Source: Pocillopora damicornis
Taxonomy: Eukaryota
DNA length: 64,000 bases
Direction: 5' to 3'
NCBI RefSeq assembly: GCF_003704095.1
Contig: NW_020845867.1
Location: 806,001 to 870,000, forward strand
Shown: positions 37,207 to 50,321 of the stretch, one piece after another
Layout of the letters: each line of letters begins with the position of its first letter
Position numbering within the stretch: position 1 is the first letter of the stretch
The notes under the pieces: generated by a model
The model's database searches: none
Seen by the model: the letters and a program-made list of their open reading frames with translations, nothing else
What the model was told of the DNA's origin: nothing
Program-made: the position numbers and the translations under genes

Positions 37207-38376
37207 GGATTTATTAAATAGCAAAATATTTCGATTAGAATCACGAATAACTAGTTTGAAAATCACAATGTTTCGGCGAAAAACTCTAGTCTTTATCGGG
37301 GAAAAGTGATAAAGAAAAATTTACAAAAAGTACGAATCAGAAAGAAAAATGTTTTAGAATTATTAAATGAAGATGGATTGATTATTGCAGTTAGAATTAC
37401 TAATGATGGAGTAGGTGTATTGTTTAAGAAATTAAAGATTACTGTTTTGAATTTAGAAACAGGAAAACAAACCCGAAGGAGATTCAAAATATAATCACTA
37501 CTTTATATCTATAATAGCACAGACAGAGTAAGCCTGGCAAATAATACGCATTTCAATTGACGAAAACCGTCTTGTTATTCGTTTTTCCTTTCTCTATAAT
37601 ATATGGGAAAAATAGTTTCGAGAGTTAAGAAATACAGAGTGAAAAGGAGAGAAAGATATTGCACAGCACGTTGACTTTGCATGAGTATTTGAAATAACAA
37701 CTAAAGCAGAGTATTCTTATATCCGTCTTCTCAATACTGCATAGTTTCATCACGTTCTTACCAGGAAAAATAAAAAAAAAAGTCCGTTAAAACGGCATAT
37801 GACGACGATGAAATGACGTGAATTGTCTTCATGCCCTTCCTTTACATATTAACTTGTAAGTTTTAAAACAAGGGCCTAACAATACAGAAAAAACAGTCGC
37901 AAAAGTACCGAAATGACCTGACTGGACACACGTAGTGTACTAGCTTAGGATCCTTATTTCTTGATAACTTTTAGAAGTATCGGATGCGTGCACTTAAAGC
38001 TGTTCAAAACGAACATGAAAAAATACCCTTTGGTGGTGTGATATTGTCATGTTTACGTCACTGCATGCAAGACGTCTTGTTTCGGAAATTAAACGTGCCG
38101 GATTCTATCGGAAAATGTTTGTATTCTCGCTTTTGTTGTTGTGAATTTTTTTAATGAAAATTATGTTTTTCTTTTTTCTTTTATGTCTGGCTATAAATAG
38201 ACGAAAAGAATACGGAAGTTTTATTAAAATAACGGCAGACATCAATATTTAAACTGGCTTATTCGTGCTCAAACCACAGTAAATAAGGATCGAACTTGAG
38301 CTCGATTGTTTCAGTCAACGATAAGCTGTTTTGTGCTCATTAGATCTGCTTTTTCAGGTAAAAAATCAGACGGAGG

Positions 38377-39468
38377 ATGATTTCCAAACAGCATCGGCGT
38401 GCTCTGTTGGATGCAGAACCTGAGGCAGAAGCCACGAAAGAACCTTATACGAAAAGCTTCGGAGAACCTCTTCCAGAGTGGCATACAGCGATACCGACCT
38501 GGGGTGTTGCTTGGAAAATCTACCAATACGGACTGGGTGCTGCATTTGGAATACTTATGCTTCTTACCTCAGCCCTTATTCTGCGAGCTCTGTCGTCAAA
38601 CAGAGCTAGGAGACCCAAAAAGGCTAACTTGATCGTGTTAGTCTTGCTTTTCATGTTTGGTTTGTTGCGCTGTTTGTACCTGTGCATCGATGCATACAGT
38701 ACAAAACACATTTTGCCCAAAGCAGTCGCAAACTTCGTGTGGACTTTAGGCAACCCTTGCATAATCACGGCTTACACACTGATATTTTTGGTTTTGAAGA
38801 ATATATTTGTGCTAAGGGAACGATTCATGGTGTGGTACACTGCAAAAAACATTTTATTTATCGCAGTTCCTTATTTTTCTCTTCAGCTAGTTGCTGAAGT
38901 AACTCTTTTCTATGTACCGAATATCGACGTACTAACTTTTATCTGTCAACTGGTTTACGTGCTTTTCAGCTTATCGCTGTCCTTCTTTTACTCCTTCATC
39001 GCATACCTTCTTTGGAAAAATTTCAGAGTGGAAAATTCTCAAGGAAGTGCGGAAAAAAGTCGACAACATTTTGCGCGGACCGTTTCGAAAAGTAGTCCGC
39101 GCGGCAGACAAACTCGATCCATTATCAAAACTTGCGTCGCAGCCGTTCTTGGAGGCGTTATACTTTGCGCGCTTCAAATTTATTCGATGAGTGGAGTTTA
39201 CGGGGTTTTCTCGGACGCCATTTATGTTGAGGCCTGGCCTTGGTTGATCTTCAATTTTTCCATGAGAGTTTTAGAGTTATTTCTCTCTTTCGTGTTATTC
39301 AGTGCCGCTTCCAAACAAGGAACACGGCGTCGACAGTGCCAATCATTTCCCGTAAGCTCGGCGGGTTCATTCCAAGGGCGTGCACGACAAAGAAATTGTG
39401 TGATTTCCCTCTCACCTAACGCGATTGGCAGTGCAGGTTTAAGTACGAAAGGCACTGCTATATTGTAA
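38377..39468 (+). CDS. PRRT3/PRRT4-like 7-transmembrane protein, copy 3 (intronless, 363 aa)
   Basis: GEPLPEW..AWKIYQYGLGAAF..RCLYLCIDAY..WTLGNPCIITAY..RFMVWYTAKNI..SGVYGVFSDA..AWPW..RVLEL; paralog of copies 1 and 2. Confidence 0.85.
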   Translation: MISKQHRRALLDAEPEAEATKEPYTKSFGEPLPEWHTAIPTWGVAWKIYQYGLGAAFGILMLLTSALILRALSSNRARRPKKANLIVLVLLFMFGLLRCLYLCIDAYSTKHILPKAVANFVWTLGNPCIITAYTLIFLVLKNIFVLRERFMVWYTAKNILFIAVPYFSLQLVAEVTLFYVPNIDVLTFICQLVYVLFSLSLSFFYSFIAYLLWKNFRVENSQGSAEKSRQHFARTVSKSSPRGRQTRSIIKTCVAAVLGGVILCALQIYSMSGVYGVFSDAIYVEAWPWLIFNFSMRVLELFLSFVLFSAASKQGTRRRQCQSFPVSSAGSFQGRARQRNCVISLSPNAIGSAGLSTKGTAIL

Positions 39469-39512
39469 AATATTTTCAAAATGAGAAGCAGCTCACTGGA
39501 AGATTATTTCTT

Positions 39513-39867
39513 AGGGTCTCAATGGGGTTAACTGTCAGACTTAAAACGGCCTAAAAATTTAGCTGTTAGGCGTAAAAATGGAAACACTGTAACTGTTGGT
39601 CGTAAAAAGATTAGGTAAAAACATTTTTCTATTTATAATGAAAGTTGAATTCTGAAAGTGTCAAAATCTTAGCCTGTCATGTGTCTTGTCTTGTGGCTAA
39701 TGTTGTTATGACAGTTATACAATTTATTTTGGTATCGAAGACATTTGAAAATGAACATCTGAAAATTGATTGCCAACCTTTTAAAATGATCGAAATTCAT
39801 TTTGAAATTCCTGTTAATCGTAACAGAAAGATATCAAGAGTGAACACCATCACCCCATTGAGACCCT
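39513..39867. mobile_element. MITE with perfect 15-bp TIRs
   Basis: agggtctcaatgggg..ccccattgagaccct, inserted ~45 bp after the copy 3 stop codon. Confidence 0.85.
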
Positions 39868-41051
39868 CAAGAAAATTAAGCATATTAACACAAATGAAAA
39901 CTGAGAAGCACATATTGTTTTCCATCCTGTCCAAATCACTCTTTACGCGAGCTGAATACTAACACCTGCCTCCTTATACTTAATTAATTTTCGGGAATAC
40001 TTTAACAGGGACATATACGAGATTTCATCAGGGAAAAAGATTTATTTAAACTCGGTGTATATTCGGTATCATGTGGTTACATTGGGAATCTTTTGGGTCT
40101 TTTTTTGTATCACTGTTTTCATTCTTAATATCGAAATCTACTTTTTGAAGTGTTTTTTTTCCTTATTTGTTTGGTTTAAGTATATTATTCTAGGCTTTAA
40201 CGAACTTTGATCGATCGTGACAATAAGCACAAAAATTTCCCTCTGCCAGTAATTGCTGGATTCAGATTGAAAATCGGAATCTTTTGCTATATTTTTAGGG
40301 CTACAACATATATTTCACAATACGTCACGACGGTAAAACTAACTCACATATTACTAGCCGTTATACAGTAAATATCAGTCATACATTTATTGCCAGTATT
40401 AAAATAAATGTATACTCGACTCTGTAATTCTACCACTTATTTCCCATTTCCACTACTCATGCTAGATGGAAGGTGATTAGATTAAAGCAGTGTGATAACT
40501 GTTATGTTTACATTTAGCGTTAAATGGTACTTGTTATTGAAAGACATCACTTATCCGGTCCCACTAAGATAATGATAAGTTGCGTCACGTTCACTGCACG
40601 GAACAATTATCAGAACACGTTTGACCAAAATAATTAGAGCAGATTTTCAAAATAACCTTTCTTATGGAAATTTTAATGAGGCGTTTTCGAAAATTGCGAC
40701 CGTGACAAAAAATTCGTCAATAAGAAACATTATCCTCAGAGCACTGTTTTAAGGTGCATGGTCCAATTGAACGCGAACGAAAATTACTAACCAAGAGCAA
40801 CTCATTTCATGAACGGAACGAACGTCTAGGATCGTTCATAGATTGCGCTTTCTGATTGGTCAGCGAATTGTATACTGACAGGCACACGCCACACCATGTT
40901 GCAAGAACACGCGAAAAGTTTGAAAATCACTCGCCTTCGGTTCGGTCTCTTACTTTAAGTCCTTTGCAGTCAAATCTGTGAATCATTCCTAAAGCAGCTT
41001 ACCAGCCAATCAGGTTCGAGTATTTTTCATTAGCAGAACTAGGGCTGATAG

Positions 41052-41256
41052 AGGCTGTCAATGGGGTGATTACTTTTACCGCTAACGGTTAAAATTTTTG
41101 CCATTTTACGGCTAACGGTTAATATCATTCCATTGTTGTTGTTTAAGGTTCTATTAGTTTTTTTACGACTAATGGTTAGAATTTGTCAATTTTTACGCCT
41201 ACTAATTTAATTTTTTTGCCGTTTAACAGCTATCGGTTACCCCAATTGAGACCCTC
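41052..41256. mobile_element. MITE of the AGGGTCTCAATGGGG family
   Basis: aggctgtcaatgggg..cccaattgagaccct with tandem ttttacggctaacggtta units. Confidence 0.7.
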
Positions 41257-41591
41257 GTAATATTCCCCTTGAAAATAATTAGTTTCTGGAGTTTTTAAAT
41301 CAAAAGTCCCATAAATTTGTGTTTACACTGAGTCAGACGAGATGAATTTGTTTTAGAAAGTACCTGACGTAAATGTTTTTTTTGTTTTGTTGTTTTTCTG
41401 TCTAGTTTGTCTCGTTTTTTCGTAATAAGAAATTTGTCTGTTCTCTAATAATATGTAGATGATTCAATCAACTCTGGTCGCGCCCTTTCTCGAGACGCTT
41501 ACACGACAGAAAATATTTTCATTAAACGGCAATCCGCGGTTTCTCCAAAACTTATATGCGCTTGAGCAGCACGTGTTCCCTATAAACCAAC

Positions 41592-44500
41592 ATGGCGGCT
41601 GGAGGAGCAGAAGAGCATTTTGCTAAGAAACTAGCGAATAACGACAAGAAAATCAGAGATAAAGCCCTGAATAAACTTAGGGCTTGGATTAGGAGCCGAC
41701 CAAAGGATGGCCCTGGTAAGTTACTGACAACTTTCTTTAGCAGACGTAAACAGATGTACAAAAATGTTGCGCCACTTTTCAAGCATGGATGTGTTTTCAT
41801 GGATCGCTCAATGCTAAAGAGGACATTGTGGTAATGTCTCAGTATGCAGTATGTGTAGTGCGATGAAAGAACTTGGATTACCGTATTATTGAATCCAATG
41901 CATTATGTTATTTATCTAAGTACATTGATAGGAATAATTTATTTTTCCTTGAAGGGTTTGGTGAGGTAGATTTGCTTAAAATATGGAAGGGACTATTTTA
42001 CTGCATGTGGATGTCAGACAAGCCTCTTATTCAGGTATTTCCATAACAATCTGATATAATCAACTTTAGAACATTGCATCATTGCTTTACTTGGTAACTT
42101 ATACCGTTGAGCAACATTTAGAATTGAATTGCATTGCAAGCATATGGTTATTTTTTTTCCTGCTGGTGTGAAATGAGAACACCAAACCCCTTGGATTGTG
42201 GTGTGCTATTATCTTTTCTCCCTCTTTCTCTTCTTGCAGCCCTCACACTCATAACTCCCCTCAAACAGCAAGCTTCCCAGCCATTATTGAACAGATTTAA
42301 TGTAAGCCCCCTCATTATTAATTACAAGTTTTAAATTTGTTGGCAGGAAGAACTGGGTTTAAATATTTCAAAACTTATACTCAGTTTCAGGAATGAACAA
42401 TCAGGTAAGATGTATATGGTGTAGCTAAAAATGATTACTTGAAAAGTTTGCAAACCATATGCCTCTGGCTTGTTAACAAACTTTTCTTGTGTTCTCCCAA
42501 TATCTTGCATGGTTTAAATTGCAATTGAACTGATAAGAAGAGGGTTTTGTATTGGTAATAATGTGATTTTGAGAGAAATTTGGTGAAAATGAGCACATGT
42601 CAAGTAACTTTTTCAGAGACAACAAAAATTGCACAAGCCTGTAGAGCGAGTGTAATTTGCTGTCTTATAAAAATTTATGAGGGCTAATATAAACCAAATT
42701 ACAAAAGAAATCATGTCATTACTTATTAATAATTTACATGAAAAGGGCATCACAGAAAGTTGAGACAGATGAAATTTTGACAGTGCAGATATGCTATTTG
42801 TACTTTGCACTAATGTGACAACTTTGCACATGAAAAATGCACTTGTTTTCAGCCAATCAGAAGCATGTAATTTTCTTGTTTATTATTAATTGCTTAATTT
42901 AGTGATGCATTTTTTTTATTATACACAACAGTTGTGTGTTAATGCAAGTGCAGGCAATTTAGCAGTGTGCTGGCTGCCAGAACAAAGGCGTAAAATTTTT
43001 TAATTCGACTCTTCTCACACAATCTGCTTCTTTGATTTTTACCTTTTAGCTGTCCTTTTTATCAAAGCATTTTTTAAAACAATGCAAAGAGAATGGCATG
43101 GGATAGATCGTCTGCGATTGGATAAGTTTTACATGGTTAGTTTTTGATAAAATATTAATGTAGAGCAGTTTTCAATTGGTTGTGGAACAGTGTCATCAAA
43201 CCACCTATGGACTTGAGAAAGAAAGGCACACTATCATTGAGAGAGAGAGAAGGAGGGTCGATTGTCTCTTTCCTGACCAGCTATAGTTTTCGCAGCAAAT
43301 GTGGATGGACAATGATAATTGCAAGAGAATGAAAGTGTATTTTAGTGGAATGGGCTGCCTGGATAATTAAATAGCCTATACTGTAGCTGTAATGTAAGAC
43401 AAGAGTGTCTGTCAGTGCAGTTGTCAATGGAGTGCAAAAAGTAGCAAGAGATTGCATCTAACTGCTTCATGATGATCTTTGATTGTTCTAGAAAACTGCA
43501 CCCCACTGCCTTGACATATTAGAATAGAAACAAACCAATTGCAACTTGGTAATTATTTGTTATCAACTGAGATGATAACACTTGGTCACTTGTGCATTTG
43601 GATGCTTTAGTTGGTTTGTGTCCTCTTTGAGTTGTCTTTGACACTTTTTTGACATAAAAAGCAAATTTTTTTTCAGCTCATCCGTTTCTTTGTGAAAGAA
43701 ACTTTCAATTTTCTGAAAAAAGCTGGTTGGGAGGAAAGGTAAGTTTTTTGAAATTATTGTGCCATCTAATTGCCTACTTTCAGCAGAGAAACTTTCAGTC
43801 TGTAATGTTTGAATTGTCTTCATTTTTCCTTCTTTAGGTTAGTCAATGATGTCGTTAATATTTTTTATGAAGAACCAATGAATCCAAGTAGTCTGAAGGT
43901 AACTGATCATATATTATTCACACACAGTGGGTTAATATTTGATTCTCTTGACTGCAGAATGTAGCATTGGCTTTCAAGCTCTGGCAGAATAATTGTGTTG
44001 TGTTCTTGGGCAAGACTCTCCACCCCCATAATGATTCTCTCCATGCCAGGAGTTGCAATGGGTGTCCAAAAATTGTTAGGGAAACTTGTTGAAATGCTTG
44101 AGGGTAACCTGTAATAAACTGGAATCCCATACAGTATAGGAAGGAGTGGCTGCCACTCATCTCTATGCTGTACTACTGTAATACTCAATAATATGTCATA
44201 AGAGTGACCATCATCAAATTTCCTCCATTAATATCACCCCTGAATCACACAAAAAGGTTGCTAGAATAAAGGAAATGATCACCAACTACTGAAGTTCTTA
44301 ATTATTAAACAAATTTTCCTTGCAAATACCCAGCAAGAGTTTCTTTATTTTGTGATCATTCCCTTCAATCTGGTGACCTATATGTGTTTCAAAGGATATA
44401 TTATATTTGTGGAAAGAAATTAGATGCTGGTCCCTCTTAGGAGTCAACAGGTTAAAAAAAGGTACCTCATGTAGTAATAAATTTTCTATTGTGATTTTAG

Positions 44501-47500
44501 GTTCCTGATGGAATTCGACTTCACATGGTGTCAGTGTATCTCTCTGAACTTGGAAGTGTACTAGATGATGAGGTAAAATGCCATGATCATGTTAATCAAT
44601 AAATTGTTTGTGTTGTTGTAACATGTGTAATTTTATTTTGTTTATTTTTTATGATTATATATATATATATATTTTTTCACCTGTTCTGTTTGTAGGCTTC
44701 TTCTAGTGCAGTGCTTAAGCTCTTGGATCCTTTTTTCCTGCTTGCAACACACTCAAGCAAGTAAGAATTTTGATGTTGTATTTGATCAAACAGAAATCTG
44801 CACAATTGACTAGCATTCTTCTGAGAATGATTAGGAATACCCCATTGGTGGTTCAAGTTCAAATTTAATTTAAAATTTTCATCATTCTCAAGAACTGCTA
44901 GAGACTGTAACCAGTTCCTCCCTGAGATGCCTGATATTACATCTCTGATCAAATTTAAGAATTGCCTTTAAGGTAGTTCATTAGCTTAATTAATAAGAGC
45001 ATGTTAACTTGTATGGTTGATTTTTATTCTGTATTGCACTTATTGAAGCATGTAATTTTTACTTTTGCATTTTGTAAGTGTTTGGTGTGTTGCCTAACTG
45101 GCTTTTACCAACCTTATTGAGATGAGATGAGGGTAGTCGATCCTACAGATATTGGAATCAGCTTAGCATGTTTATCCTCTAGCTCATTTTCAAGCTACCT
45201 TTTTACTTGTTTGTGCCTGTTAGTTCTTATCAAAGCTGTAATTTAACCCTTAAACTTCCAGAAGTGATTTACTTGTAACTTGTCCTGAACATTATCCAGC
45301 CACCAGGTAATGAGAATACTCAAACTTATCAGGAAGAAGTTTTTATGATCCAAATTCTCATAACTTATTTACATGGAATTGTTTGCCAGTTAGAGGTGAG
45401 AATTAACAATCAGATCTTGGCATTTAAAGGGTTAACCGTGAGAATTGAATTTTTTCCCTAGCAAAACTGTTACCAGTGCTGTGGGAAAGAGTTTGTTTGA
45501 ACACCTTGTTCAACAAGGGACAGATGACTCTGAGGAGCAGCAGAATTCTAAAATTAAGGTCTGGCTCACTCTATCATAGAATTGTTTTTTAAAAATTTTA
45601 AGGGATTTTTAACTATTCATTTTAAATATTACTGAAATTTTTGATGGAAATAAAATACTTGAATTTGTTTGTTTGTTTGTTTAATTTTAATGAGATGAAT
45701 ACTGACCCTTTTTTATTTTATTTACTTCAAGGTTGATTTTGCTTCTGCTGCTGACAGATTATTTGCTTTAGCAAGTGACAGAAATATCCTTGGTAGGAAC
45801 AGGAATCAACTTTTTTGCTGGGCTAAACGGTAAGACTAGCTAACAGTGGATCAATTAATAGTCAGTTAGGGCCATAATGGGGAACACAGTTTTTTGCTCT
45901 AATTATCCACCTTATCCAAAAAATGCTCTTACTTCCTGGTCAGTTGATAAGGAAACAAGATATGAATTGAGGGTTCAACTTGGCAAAGAAATTCCCAAGA
46001 TCTCATTTTCAATTCTCATGATTGACTGCCACATATTTCTTCTGATATAACCTTTGAGAATTTGATGTTAAATCAAACAATACATATAGTCACTTGTTTT
46101 ATATTTCTATATTTTCTCTTCTCTGTTCTGCTTGACAATGTATTGTTACTGTATGGAGAAGGAACTTATTGATCACTCTTGGGAATGAAAAAGTCATTGA
46201 TTTATTTCTCTTTCTGGTGCCCAAGCAGTCAACCCTTAACCAAAAGCATTGGAAAGAAATTTTTAGTTTTTCCTCTTTCATTTATTTCTTATAAATCATT
46301 GACTTGTAATTACCTCATCTACCTGCCATACAATTCCATCAAAATAGGCCATTTTCAATATATTAAAATTCAAACTTTGCTCTGAGGCTCTGGCGGATAA
46401 AACAAAAGAAATCACATCAAGGTTGAGGGATGGATAATGAATTTCTCTTGTTTTATTCACCCAAGCCTCATGTCCCTTTTAGAATTTTAATATAATGAAA
46501 ATGATCTATTACAGTAGCTCTTATGAGGTAATGACTTTTTGCTGATGAGATCTGTTTTTTTGTGTGTGACACATTTCTTGGTACATATAATATGTTGACT
46601 TTGAAAAGAAAGGTTGCAACATTACTGTATTAGTTAATTCACTTTTTTGTATATTTTTTGTTCATGTGATCATGCTTCATTTATTTGATCACTTATTTAT
46701 TAATTTATTATGTGTTTATCTCTTTGCAGTCTGAGGAAACGATCAACAGGTATTTAGCACTTGTCTATTGGTTCAATGCAAGTGATTCTTCCATATTTCG
46801 TCACCCTCTCTTTCCTGCTGTCAAACATACAGTCAAGCAACTGTTATCTCTCTGTGTTTCTTCACTCAACCCTTTGACTCCTAGACCAAATTTGTAATTC
46901 TCCTAACTGTAAACCATATGATTCTTATAATGGTGGTTCAGAGAATTTAGTATTGGATCAACTAATTATCCCCAAATTGATAGCTTTCTTTATTCTCATC
47001 ACTTGTCTGGAGAATATGCATACTGATGTTAGACTTTAAAGGGTTAAGTACAGTTATTCCTGAACTGTAGAACATCAAGGGCAAGCAGAGCCAAGGTCTT
47101 TGCATTTAATACTATGTCATGAATTAGTTTTATTGTTTCTGTATTGTTTGAACCTATAACTTTGTGAACTATAGGAAACTTGACCTTATTTATTTGCCAA
47201 TGTTCTCTTTCTATATGGTCTGATAGGAGAACATGTGGAGGATTCTGTGCAACAAGATAGAATCCCAAATGGGATCCAAGTTGGATCAAAGAGAAAGACT
47301 GAAGAGCAAGAGTCATCAGACAACAACAGAGATCACAGTCACACCAAGGAAACAAAACAGAAGAGTAAAAAGATTAAAGATTCTAATGATAAAAAAGAAG
47401 AGGTATTGGATAATCAAAGTAATGAACTTGCTACTATAGAAGACAAGAAAGAGGGAAAGAGAAAAAGAAAAAATAGGCAAGATTGTGAAGGTCATGTTGA

Positions 47501-49120
47501 GTTGTCTTCTGAAGAAAAAGAAATTTATACAGAGCAAAACATTGAGCCTAAGGATAAAAAGAAGAAGAAGAAGAAGAAATCTCCTATTGAGAATGAGGAA
47601 GGATCTGTGGTTAGCAATGAAAATGGTGGTGGAGAATTACTTACTGTAAAAAATAAAAGAAGACATCAATCTTCCAATAAAGAAGCTATTAATGACCTAA
47701 GTGAGGATAATGCTTCTGGTGTTGTTGGTGACACAATACATTCAACTGAAAAAGATGATCAAACCTTGTTAAGAACAGTGGAAAATGAGGTTTTGAATAG
47801 AGCCAATGGTCATGGTGAGCAGCCCTTTGCAAAGTTTCAGAAGAATGCTACTCCACCAGCATTCGTTCGAAGATGCAGTGCTAAAACACCCAGAACAGAG
47901 CCACGAAGGAACAGTAATTTGAAGGTTGGGAACAATATATTTTTCTTTAGCGTGAAATAGTAGCAAGATTGTCATGTATAAATGTGTTATGTAAATTACT
48001 ATAGTCAATTTGCACAGGTAATTATTTTTTATTTGCCTTTCTGCAACTTGTACAGGCACATCTGCCACCAGCATTCTACAGTGTTTGGTCTTCTCTCTAG
48101 AGAAGCTCCTAGACAATCAGCAGGTCATCATTGTTGATTGAATTAAACATTGTACAATTTCATTTAATTGTTAGTTTTTTTAATATCTCAAGACTAACGG
48201 TTATTGAGTAAGATGCGAAATGATTTCTCTGTATTTGTTATCAGTGAATACATATGTGATAATTTGTGTAGGTTCAACTGCCTGGATCAGAACCTTCGAA
48301 GGGAACACGGAAAAGAGTCAGGATAGAGGTGTCCAAAAATACTTCACACACAACACAAGGTCAGTGCAAATAACCATTGAAATGTTGGGGTTCTTTTTCA
48401 AGTCAGAACAAACTCATCCTTTTTCAGTTCAATTATTGGTAATGAAATGGTGTATGTGGCTCAGGGTAGTTATAGTGTGGGTGGCATTTAATTTAGAAAT
48501 CAACTTTGCCCTTCTCTGGCTTGGGAGAGGGTGGTAAAGGGTTTGAATGCGATGTGTGATAAGGCAAAAATTATGTGTAATACTGAATTTCACAGAAAGG
48601 TGAGCGTGACTCGAGAAGTTTTGAATCCGCGTTAAACATGATTTGCTTCCCAAAATATATATGATCCATAAATTTTTTCTTTCATTTTGTGAAGACCTCA
48701 AGATTTCCCTGAAATCTTGAACATAAGAAGGGAGATTTGAAATTTTCCCTCTTATATATGTTACATGTGAATTTTTCTAAAATTAGTTTGTGAAACGGGA
48801 TTAGGACACCCCCCCCCTTTTGCTATCCTCCAGGGAGGGGTGTAGCATCGAAGCCCGTTAAGGCAACACCTCTTGAACCATTCATTTTGTGCCACTTTTT
48901 CTTAACAGATTATAAACGTAGTTTGAAGGAAAGCCCAAATATTCCTTTTGATGCAGAGAAGACACCTCCTCAAGGGTTACTCAAGTCACCACCTCAACCT
49001 CAAAGAACACCTTTAGTTATAAAAAAGACTGCTGCAGCATCCACAGCTTCTGGCCAACTGCAGCAGAGAAAGAAACAACCTAAAGTTACGCAAAGACCCA
49101 AGGCCCTAGATTTCTTTTGA
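41592..49120 (+). CDS. RRP1: Ribosomal RNA processing protein 1 (Nop52 domain, RRP1B-like C-terminus); exons 41592-41715, 41955-42034, 42347-42404, 43050-43135, 43677-43738, 43838-43898, 44501-44572, 44696-44760, 45462-45558, 45732-45829, 46730-46749, 47227-47924, 48272-48359, 48909-49120
   Basis: [16 protein letters not shown]; [24 protein letters not shown]; [22 protein letters not shown]; C-terminal [24 protein letters not shown]. Splice phases are consistent. Confidence 0.95.
43930..44185 (+). mobile_element. SINE (Nin/Deu-domain-like)
   Basis: ttgtgttgtgttcttgggcaagact..ctctccatgccaggagt..aatgggt..gggtaacctg..actggaatccca..; typical cnidarian SINE body. Confidence 0.6.
45243..45435. mobile_element. 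piggyBac-like MITE with TTAA TSDs
   Basis: TTAACCCT..AGGGTTAA; similar to the 5991 copy. Confidence 0.8.
46866..47047. mobile_element. Chimeric piggyBac-like MITE
   Basis: Family A left part joined to a family B right end (ggagaatatgcatactgatgttag..aaagggttaa). Confidence 0.65.
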
Positions 49121-50321
49121 TTATACAATATCTTAAGTTGAAATTGAAACTCTCAAAGTATCAAGGCAGTTTGAATCTAAAAATGAAAACATGCAGGATA
49201 TTTATGCCAGCAGCCTTTTTATGCAAATCCTCTCTTTCATAATCTTTCAAAGTTTTTTTATTTCCTATGCCCTTATTAATATTTTATGTGCACAAAAATA
49301 TTTTGTCATATATTATACAAAGCTTATTTGGTCTGCTGTTGTTTTTTAGGAACAAAAATTAATGTTATTTAAACAGTTACACACTGTTTTCATATATAAA
49401 TGATTTCCTCAACAGGTAAAGAATTTCAAATAAGCAAATACAAGTTTTCTCCTCTGAATCTCCACCAATTCTTTCAATTCTTGCCACAAAACTTCTTTTC
49501 TTCAAAAAAAAAAATTTTAATTACAAAGTGCCACTTTGAAGAGGAGTCCATTAGCTTCTACTTTGAAAGGGCTACTAGAATAGTTTATTTTATGATTAAT
49601 GGCAAATGGAAAGATCAGATAATTATTTTTATTCTATTCTAGTGAGTCCAAAGGTATTTCAAATTATTTATTCATAACTTTGAATATACACAGGGTAAAA
49701 CCTTGTGTTCCTTACAGAAACACAGATTCACTTAATCATTACATACAGTCTAGGCCACACTTAATTTTACTATGTGCAAACATTTTAGTATCTCCTTTAA
49801 AATGAATTGAAAAAGAAGCTGACAAACAAAAGCAAGAAGATATAACATCTTTAAACTTAATAGGGTCCAAAATTATGGTTCATTTAAATTATTGACTTTG
49901 AAAGACAAATGACCGTATCTTAAGTCTGCAGCTAAAATAAAGGATCTAGAAAGAATATAATTTACACTGATTTGTGTTGTGTACATATACCACTCTCTAT
50001 AACTCACACTTATATTAGAATTTCTAATCTATCACAAAGCTATTGACTTGAAAACTATATGTAAAATGTCCACTAGGTGACAATGTCTTTCAATCTTCTC
50101 ACTAACATAATTTGTGTTGTACTCACTGTGAGAAAAAAATCTGTCTGTTTGTTCAAAAAGGAGTGTCCTGTGCAAAAACTATGATTAACATTTAAACTTG
50201 GGGAGGAAATCTTTGGAATGGTTTCACTTGAGTCAGTGTATTAAATGCTTGCCATACTGGCTACTGTGTCCACTGAAGCTTTCCATGCATCAGAACATCA
50301 ATAAATATTGTTCCCTTCATC

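Noticed and set aside
41070-41240. Regularly spaced short repeats resembling a CRISPR array
   Set aside because: Degenerate internal tandem units of a MITE in a eukaryote, with no cas genes.
43907-44188. ORFs with LAQEHNT / LPKNTTQ motifs (also 12774-12980)
   Set aside because: Typical antisense translations of the SINE body.
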